Shown here one piece after another: positions 57,799 through 64,000 of a stretch of 64,000 nucleotides of DNA. The stretch is from contig OZ223209.1 of assembly GCA_965140415.1 (NCBI GenBank), forward strand, positions 2,944,001 to 3,008,000, in the 5' to 3' direction. The notes beneath the pieces are model-generated. The model made no database searches. It saw only the letters and a program-made list of their open reading frames with translations, and was not told the DNA's origin. Each line of letters opens with the position of its first letter. Position 1 is the first letter of the stretch. Both the position numbers and the translations under genes were made by a program. This DNA is from Myxococcota bacterium. GTDB lineage: Bacteria > Myxococcota_A > SURF-8.

Positions 57799-60402
57799 TC
57801 AACGTTTGCGCTTTCTTCGTCCACCGCGACCGATTTTAGGCAAGCGATCGATTGCACGCTGCGTTTTGCGGGGAGTACGAGCATCGTTTCGCTGAATCGG
57901 CTGCAAGGGCGCCCCCGGATCTTGCTGGGGTTGTTCCACCGCTTTTTTCGGATCGACGGCCATCCAGGAGCGAATGGCATGTAAGCGGATATCCAGCATG
58001 AGTTGTTGGAACATCAACCCGATTTCCCTGCGGAATTCAACCAGGGGATCGAGGTTGCTATAGCTTCTTAAGCCAACTCCTTCTTCGACGCGTTCCGAGT
58101 CGGTTAAAAATTGCGTCCACAATCGATCTACGGTTTGTAGCAGAACGCCACGCTCCCATTTGACGAGCAACTCGTCCAAGTCCGTACCGTAGCGCTGCTC
58201 GTATAGTTCTTTAAACCATAACCGGAATTCATCTGAATTGTCGGGAATGTCATCTGTTCCTGCCACGGTCGCCACCCCGAAGATTCGTTCCCGTACGGCA
58301 TTCCAAATGCTGTTTTCCAACTCGTTTTTAGCGATTTCGTTATCTTCACTTAAGCGAGTTCTGGTTTCCTGCTCCAGTTGGTCGATCAGTTCTTCAATCA
58401 ATTCTTCCGATTGCTTCTGCCAGCTTTCCAACTTGTCGCTATGAAGCAGGCTTCGTCGCCATTGCCAGATTGTTTCGCGGCGGTCATGGATCACGGAATC
58501 ATATTTGAACACTTCCAACCGGATCGCCTGGTTTTCTACCTCCACTTTAGAGCGTAAGGCTTCCAATGCCGTACGGATTTTTGCATTGTCCACCGGTTCG
58601 TCCTGTGGATGATCTGCCAGGTATTGCTGCAATTCCTCAAGAATTTTCTGTTGTCCGAAGGCACGGTAAACGGGATCTTCTATCGAGATGAAGTAGATTG
58701 TGGAACCGGGATCACCTTGTCTGCCCGCTCGTCCTCGCAGTTGGTTGTCGATGCGCACTGACTCATGCAGTCCTGTGCCGATTACCTGCAAACCGCCGGC
58801 TTCGATGATGCGTTGCTGTTGCTGTTCCGCTTCTTGTTCGAAGCGTTGCAGAGAGCGTTGATAGCGTTCGCTGCCTTCTTCCGCCAGGGCTTTCGCTCGT
58901 AGCTTTGGATTGCCTCCCAGCAGGATGTCCGTACCGCGTCCTGCCATATTGGTGGAAATGGTTACTGCACCTGCACGTCCCGCTTGTGCGATGATTTCCG
59001 CTTCGCGTTTGTGATGCTTGGCATTGAGTACTTCATGTTGAATGCCGCTTTTTTTAAGAATGCGGGAAATCTGCTCCGATTCACGTACCGAGACCGTTCC
59101 AACCAGAACCGGTAGACCTTTACTCTGAAGCTCCTTTATTTCCTCCACAACCGCTTTGTGCTTTGCCTGTAGAGTCGTAAAAAGGATATTGTCATAGTCT
59201 TTTCGAATCATGCGACGATGCGTGGGGATGCGTACGACTTTGCGGGAATAGATTTTCTGAAATTCGTCCCGCTCGCTCCATGCCGTACCGGTCATTCCGG
59301 AAAGACCATAGTAGGAACGAAAGAAGTGTTGATAACTTGTTTTAGCGAGAGTGATATCCTCGCTTTTGATCGTCACGCCTTCCTTGGCTTCCAGGGCCTG
59401 ATGAAGACCGTCTGAGAAACGTTTATCTTCGGAAACCCGCCCGGTATGCTCATCGACCAGCAGAACCTCACCATCTTGCACGATATAGTCCACATCCAAT
59501 TCGAAAATGGCATGGGCTTGCAGGGATTGATGCGTAGCGTGCATCCAGCGAAGGTTCTCCGGTTTTGAAAGAGATCCAACACCTAATGCGTTTTCCACTT
59601 CCGTCAGGCCTTCCTCTGTTAAGGACGCCGTACGAGTGCGACGGTCGGCCTTGAAGTGAATTTCCGGATTTAGCGTGCGCATCACACGATCCATCGCCTT
59701 GAAGAAGCTAGGATCGTCTTGCGCCTGTCCACTGATGATCAATGGGGTCTGGGCTTCGTCGATCAACAACAGGTCCACCTCATCTACAATGGCATAATGC
59801 AGATCGCGGTGAACCGTTTCTTCTAAAGAAGGAGCCAGGTTGTCGCGCAGGTAATCGAAAACGATTTCATGGTTTGTGCCATACGTGATATCGCAGGCAT
59901 AAGCGGATTTGCGGGCTTGAGTATCCGACTGGTTCCCATCACCCATGTTTTCCTGAATACAACCAACCGACATCCCGAGGAATTCATACACCGGCCCCAT
60001 CCAGAAGGCGTCACGCTCTGCCAGGTAATCGTTAACCGTAACAACGTGAACGCCTTTTCCCGCTAGAGCGTGCAAATACGCGGGTAATGTCGCAACCAGT
60101 GTTTTTCCTTCGCCCGTGCGCATTTCGATGATGCGCCCACGTGCCAGTTCCACACCACCGAGCAGTTGTACGTCGAAGTGTCGCAACCCTATGCTGCGCC
60201 GTGATGCTTCACGAACCACCGCGAAGGCTTCAGGGATCAGATCCGTGATTGAACCTCCCTGTTGGAGGCGAAGTTTGAAATCGTCCGTTTTGGCGCGAAG
60301 TTGCTCATCAGAGAGAGACTGAATCGGGGATTCAAAGGTATTGATTCGTTTCACTACAGAACGCGCTGAAGGTTCCCATATGGACTGCAACCATCCTGGC
60401 AT
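57799..60402 (-). CDS. secA: SecA-family translocase ATPase (divergent, no C-terminal zinc-binding motif)
   Basis: EMRTGEGKT, VTVNDYLA, DEVD..IDEA.TPLIISG, GLHQALEAKE, TNMAGRGTDI, RIDNQLRGRAGRQGDPG. Confidence 0.9.
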   Translation of the reverse strand: MPGWLQSIWEPSARSVVKRINTFESPIQSLSDEQLRAKTDDFKLRLQQGGSITDLIPEAFAVVREASRRSIGLRHFDVQLLGGVELARGRIIEMRTGEGKTLVATLPAYLHALAGKGVHVVTVNDYLAERDAFWMGPVYEFLGMSVGCIQENMGDGNQSDTQARKSAYACDITYGTNHEIVFDYLRDNLAPSLEETVHRDLHYAIVDEVDLLLIDEAQTPLIISGQAQDDPSFFKAMDRVMRTLNPEIHFKADRRTRTASLTEEGLTEVENALGVGSLSKPENLRWMHATHQSLQAHAIFELDVDYIVQDGEVLLVDEHTGRVSEDKRFSDGLHQALEAKEGVTIKSEDITLAKTSYQHFFRSYYGLSGMTGTAWSERDEFQKIYSRKVVRIPTHRRMIRKDYDNILFTTLQAKHKAVVEEIKELQSKGLPVLVGTVSVRESEQISRILKKSGIQHEVLNAKHHKREAEIIAQAGRAGAVTISTNMAGRGTDILLGGNPKLRAKALAEEGSERYQRSLQRFEQEAEQQQQRIIEAGGLQVIGTGLHESVRIDNQLRGRAGRQGDPGSTIYFISIEDPVYRAFGQQKILEELQQYLADHPQDEPVDNAKIRTALEALRSKVEVENQAIRLEVFKYDSVIHDRRETIWQWRRSLLHSDKLESWQKQSEELIEELIDQLEQETRTRLSEDNEIAKNELENSIWNAVRERIFGVATVAGTDDIPDNSDEFRLWFKELYEQRYGTDLDELLVKWERGVLLQTVDRLWTQFLTDSERVEEGVGLRSYSNLDPLVEFRREIGLMFQQLMLDIRLHAIRSWMAVDPKKAVEQPQQDPGAPLQPIQRNDARTPRKTQRAIDRLPKIGRGGRRKRKR

Positions 60403-60417
60403 TAGTACGACTCACTC

Positions 60418-63400
60418 TTAGTTGTTATCAGGATTTCGACGCCAAAAACGATGTAAAGCCAATAAAAGCAACAGCATTAGCCAGAATGCGTTTGGGGGTT
60501 GGTTCATTTGCCTGCAACCATCCGAGCCTTTGAAATCGTAATCGCCGCCGGTTCCCGAACTATAGGCACGAAGTTGGAAGGGGACGTAAAGCGCTCGAAT
60601 CGTTTCCGCAGACGGCTTTGCAAGTTGTCTGTTCATATAATACAAGCCGTCCGTGCGCAGCCCCTGCTCGTTGTCGTACCAGTCAAACATGCCTTTCCAT
60701 ACCGCTCCCATCAGATAACCGTCTTTCACGATGATTCGTTCTGAATCGACTTGCGAATGCGCCAAAACGGCATTCCAACTGTTTTCGGCAACGTTTACCT
60801 GATTGCCTATACCCGATCCGTCATATTCTGACTGCGTTCCGAATTCCGCGAGAAAGACAGGTTTCTCTGGGAAACGCTCTCGCAAGGTCTCAATCGCCGT
60901 TAAGCTTTTTGATTCGACTTCATCTTCTGACCAATCCGTCAAGGCTGCCAGGCTGGTAATATCTGCCTTTTCCAGACCGCTGTCGTCGAGGTTTTGCTCA
61001 TCGGCGGCAATGGTTACGCTAAGCAGGCGGCCATCCGGGTAGTGGGCTTGCATGTCGTCTACCAGTGAACCAATAAACGCCTCCGTTCCGTTGTCCCCAG
61101 AAACCGATTCGCATCGAGTACAGAGATTCCATAGAATGATACTCGGCCTGTTGCGACGGGAAAAGATCATTTCCCGCCACATCTGCAAGGCAAGTGGTCG
61201 CTCAAGTTGAGCTTGATAGGCGGCTTGATCCAATCCCCAGGCAGGAATGCCTGAAACCATTGTCAGTCCGAATCGATCTGCCAGTATAGACGTTTGTGGG
61301 TGATTCGGAGCTAGACTGCTATTCATCAGTAATGCCCCGTTTTCTCGAATCAGGGAGAGATCACGTCGCAACTGATTCCAACTCATGCTGCAACCACTTT
61401 CGACACTGTCTTCGACTCTCCCGATGCCTGGAAGAAACGTGATGCTGTCATTGAATTCGAATTGACCGCCCTCGACAACCGTTGCCGTGCGAAAGCCGGT
61501 TTGAATGTAAGCTCGGTCCAAAAGTCCGCCACTTTCCGTGCGGAGATTCACTCTTGCAACATATGTCTCCGGGTCCAAAGGACTCCAGTCTTGAGAACCA
61601 CGAGCAATTGCCTGCATCGAAATGCCGCTTAATTTACCGGCACGAACTTGGATGTCCATCTCGTCATCCAGGCCCATGACCATGTCTTGTACGAGCAGAG
61701 TCGATAACGGAGCGTTTTCCCAGTATCCGTCCGCTCGTTCATCCATTTCAAAGACTTCCACTTCGATCTTGCCGGTAAAGTCGCTGCTCCCAAGTCCCTC
61801 GACAATCGCCTCGACACGTAACGACCCGAAAGGTGATTCCGGAATGACATGCACCGACGCCAACACTGCTCGCTTGTCGCTTGGGAGGTATTCCCAGTAC
61901 AGGTCGTGCATGACTCCGGTATACGCCATGCGTTCGGTGTCAGCAAGATAGGGCAGCATTCCGGCGAAATATCCCGGTTCCGGGTTGTCGACGCGCAAAG
62001 TCAAAACAATGGAGCCTTGGTCTGTCAGAGAAGAGGGGAGGGGTAGTAAAATCGGTGTTGATGCACCTTCATGATGTCCCAGGTACAGGCCGTTGGCCCA
62101 GACATCCACAATGTATCCAGCGGACAGCATTACCAGGCGCACTCGCTTTGCGCCGGTAGGCACGGACACTTCCCGGCGATACCAAACGCCCTCCCAATAC
62201 TTCTCGGCTCCGGAAGGATGTTCGCTTGGTGCAAGACGGTTTTCGACAGAGGGCAGGCTGATCTCTTCCCAGTCCGTATCATCAAATTCGGGAAGAATAG
62301 CTCCTCCCGATTCCGCTGCCAGCAAACGCAGGTTTTCCGCCGTTCTTGCCTGAAAAGTCAACCGGTGATCCAGGCACATGCGGCGTTTCTTCCAAACACC
62401 GGACAAGTTCTGGCGGCTGTAGGTTGAGGAAGCCAAATCAGGCATGACTTCCCCGTTTTGCAAAAGTGCCGCCACGCCATCGACATCCTGTAGCTCAGTG
62501 GAAAGTTCCAACCCTGGTGTGGCCTCGTCTGCAAGCGCCGGAGTGATTTCCAATTCGAAAATCTCATGTTGCACCGAATCGGCCTGTGAGGCAGTTAAAT
62601 GCACCCAATGATGCATTCGCTGAGAAGCAGACGGCTCCTCCGCTTTATTCGCCAGTAAAGAAACCAACCCATGAGCGTTAACCTGGGCGTCGATATCCGA
62701 GCTGGTATCTACCGACCATTCCAAGTCGGTGGGCATACGAAATCCGGCGTCGAATGTCCACTTCTGTCCCTGGCGAGCCATGCTTAATGGCACATTGACC
62801 ATTGGTGCGAAATCCGCCTGACCCGAGAAACGCGCGGTAAGCGGTGTGCGCTCTTCTCCGCTAGCAACTTCAATGAGGTACCCTAAACTGTCTTCTGCGA
62901 CAGGATAGAGCAGGGTGTAATGTCCCTGTTTCAGTAATTCGAGCCGATTTTCAGCTTTGCTGAACGAGTCTCGAACGCCGTATAGTTCCGCCTGTAGAAG
63001 TTGAATTGCTAAATGTGCGCCGTATGCTTTTGCCTTCAGCTTTTCCAGCCTTAATGCCAATTCGTCGGCAAGATCGCGGGATGGCAAGTTCAGCGAAATG
63101 TCATCTGCCATATTCAATAGCGCAAGAATGTCTTCCATCACCACCTGATGAATGTCGGCAATTTCGGACTCGTTTTTGAGATCCAATGCTGTCAGCAAGG
63201 TGTCGATGTTGTCGCTCAATTCTGGAAGAGATTCGCGTTCCGGGAATAGCTTGATGTTCTCGGAAAACAGATCCTGCAATTTCCACAAACTTTCCCCATC
63301 ACCCATCGGGTCCAGTGCCATGCGAATCTTTTCCGCTCCCATCGTCGAGGTGCTATAATTCTGGGGATCTTCCAGCAATTCGGCATAACTGGAAATGGCG

Positions 63401-63999
63401 AACAGGGAGGCCATTCCTTCGATCATCGGATTGCATAATATTCCGGCGATTTCATCAAGCATCGCCGGGGATCGTCCCTCGATAGGTGCCAGGTACATGC
63501 CCAGACCGAGATCGAAATCATTAACGGGGTAGTTATCCCAGAGCCAGACCGGATGTCCTACCAGTTCCCGAAAGCTGATCACCTCGTCCGCCGTGATTTC
63601 AACATCGAATGTTCCCTGTCCCGTCCATCCGATGGGGATGTCTGCCTGGATGTTTTGCAATGCCTGTAGGTAGTCGATTTCGTCCTGGTCGAAACTGCCG
63701 GCGGTTCCCGAGTAAACTGTGGGAACGAACAACAGATTCGTAGCACCCTGTTCGCTTTCCAGCCATGTCGCCAGGTTGTTGACCAGAGTCGCCTGGTTCG
63801 CTCCCGAGGTCGCATTGATCGACACAGAGATGTCATCCATCAATAGGGCGAAATGAGTGATTCCAGCAGATGTCAGTTGGGTTAGCTTTGCAGTTAGCGC
63901 AGAGAAATCATCGGACAATAGGGGGTCGATGTCATTTCCGGGACTGATTCCGTAGATTACATTCACGCCGGACTTGATACCGGCTTGTGCCAATTCTTC
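60418..63999 (-). CDS. GH84 beta-N-acetylglucosaminidase fused to a GH2-like module, with a MYXO-CTERM-like tail (5'-truncated by window edge)
   Basis: YGISPG, LLMDDI, FVPTVY, WTG, WDNYPVND, NPM (GH84); NLSGVW, WYRR, GHHEG, NRPSIILW, LAEFG (GH2); tail SDGC plus hydrophobic helix plus RR; frame open to the edge. Confidence 0.82.
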   Translation of the reverse strand, partial: EELAQAGIKSGVNVIYGISPGNDIDPLLSDDFSALTAKLTQLTSAGITHFALLMDDISVSINATSGANQATLVNNLATWLESEQGATNLLFVPTVYSGTAGSFDQDEIDYLQALQNIQADIPIGWTGQGTFDVEITADEVISFRELVGHPVWLWDNYPVNDFDLGLGMYLAPIEGRSPAMLDEIAGILCNPMIEGMASLFAISSYAELLEDPQNYSTSTMGAEKIRMALDPMGDGESLWKLQDLFSENIKLFPERESLPELSDNIDTLLTALDLKNESEIADIHQVVMEDILALLNMADDISLNLPSRDLADELALRLEKLKAKAYGAHLAIQLLQAELYGVRDSFSKAENRLELLKQGHYTLLYPVAEDSLGYLIEVASGEERTPLTARFSGQADFAPMVNVPLSMARQGQKWTFDAGFRMPTDLEWSVDTSSDIDAQVNAHGLVSLLANKAEEPSASQRMHHWVHLTASQADSVQHEIFELEITPALADEATPGLELSTELQDVDGVAALLQNGEVMPDLASSTYSRQNLSGVWKKRRMCLDHRLTFQARTAENLRLLAAESGGAILPEFDDTDWEEISLPSVENRLAPSEHPSGAEKYWEGVWYRREVSVPTGAKRVRLVMLSAGYIVDVWANGLYLGHHEGASTPILLPLPSSLTDQGSIVLTLRVDNPEPGYFAGMLPYLADTERMAYTGVMHDLYWEYLPSDKRAVLASVHVIPESPFGSLRVEAIVEGLGSSDFTGKIEVEVFEMDERADGYWENAPLSTLLVQDMVMGLDDEMDIQVRAGKLSGISMQAIARGSQDWSPLDPETYVARVNLRTESGGLLDRAYIQTGFRTATVVEGGQFEFNDSITFLPGIGRVEDSVESGCSMSWNQLRRDLSLIRENGALLMNSSLAPNHPQTSILADRFGLTMVSGIPAWGLDQAAYQAQLERPLALQMWREMIFSRRNRPSIILWNLCTRCESVSGDNGTEAFIGSLVDDMQAHYPDGRLLSVTIAADEQNLDDSGLEKADITSLAALTDWSEDEVESKSLTAIETLRERFPEKPVFLAEFGTQSEYDGSGIGNQVNVAENSWNAVLAHSQVDSERIIVKDGYLMGAVWKGMFDWYDNEQGLRTDGLYYMNRQLAKPSAETIRALYVPFQLRAYSSGTGGDYDFKGSDGCRQMNQPPNAFWLMLLLLLALHRFWRRNPDNN

Positions 64000-64000
64000 G

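Overview
Gene-dense chromosomal window from a diderm bacterium (lpxB present). MYXO-CTERM-like tails, an MrtC-like CAAX protease and Cys-rich giant lipoproteins suggest a Myxococcota/deltaproteobacterial lineage (inference). Left to right: NAD salvage pair (eukaryote-like pncB cut by the left edge, pncA), NtrB/NtrC-like two-component pair, tRNA-Ala(CGC), znuACB-type ABC transporter, lpxB, a 164-bp fold-back MITE, two paralogous giant surface lipoproteins (about 1.7k and 2.6k aa), arsC, tatC, orphan ParA, myxosortase-like protease, larE, a PP-loop thiolase, GH2 lipoprotein, proline dehydrogenase, rnr, matrixin with a partner gene, a DGD-repeat/DUF1566/C10-peptidase lipoprotein, ECF sigma with ZAS anti-sigma, RND pump, frameshifted MscS, GDPD, an archaeal-type gatE-gatD pair, HAD hydrolase, a DnaA-box region, degenerate ATPase-like gene plus MscS, DUF2505-like protein, divergent SecA, and a GH84-GH2 fusion cut by the right edge. 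The most striking items are the GatDE transamidase, classically regarded as archaea-specific, embedded among bacterial genes, and a 'DGD' acidic linker shared by unrelated surface proteins. All calls come from reading motifs by eye; no database searches were run, so novelty is unverified.
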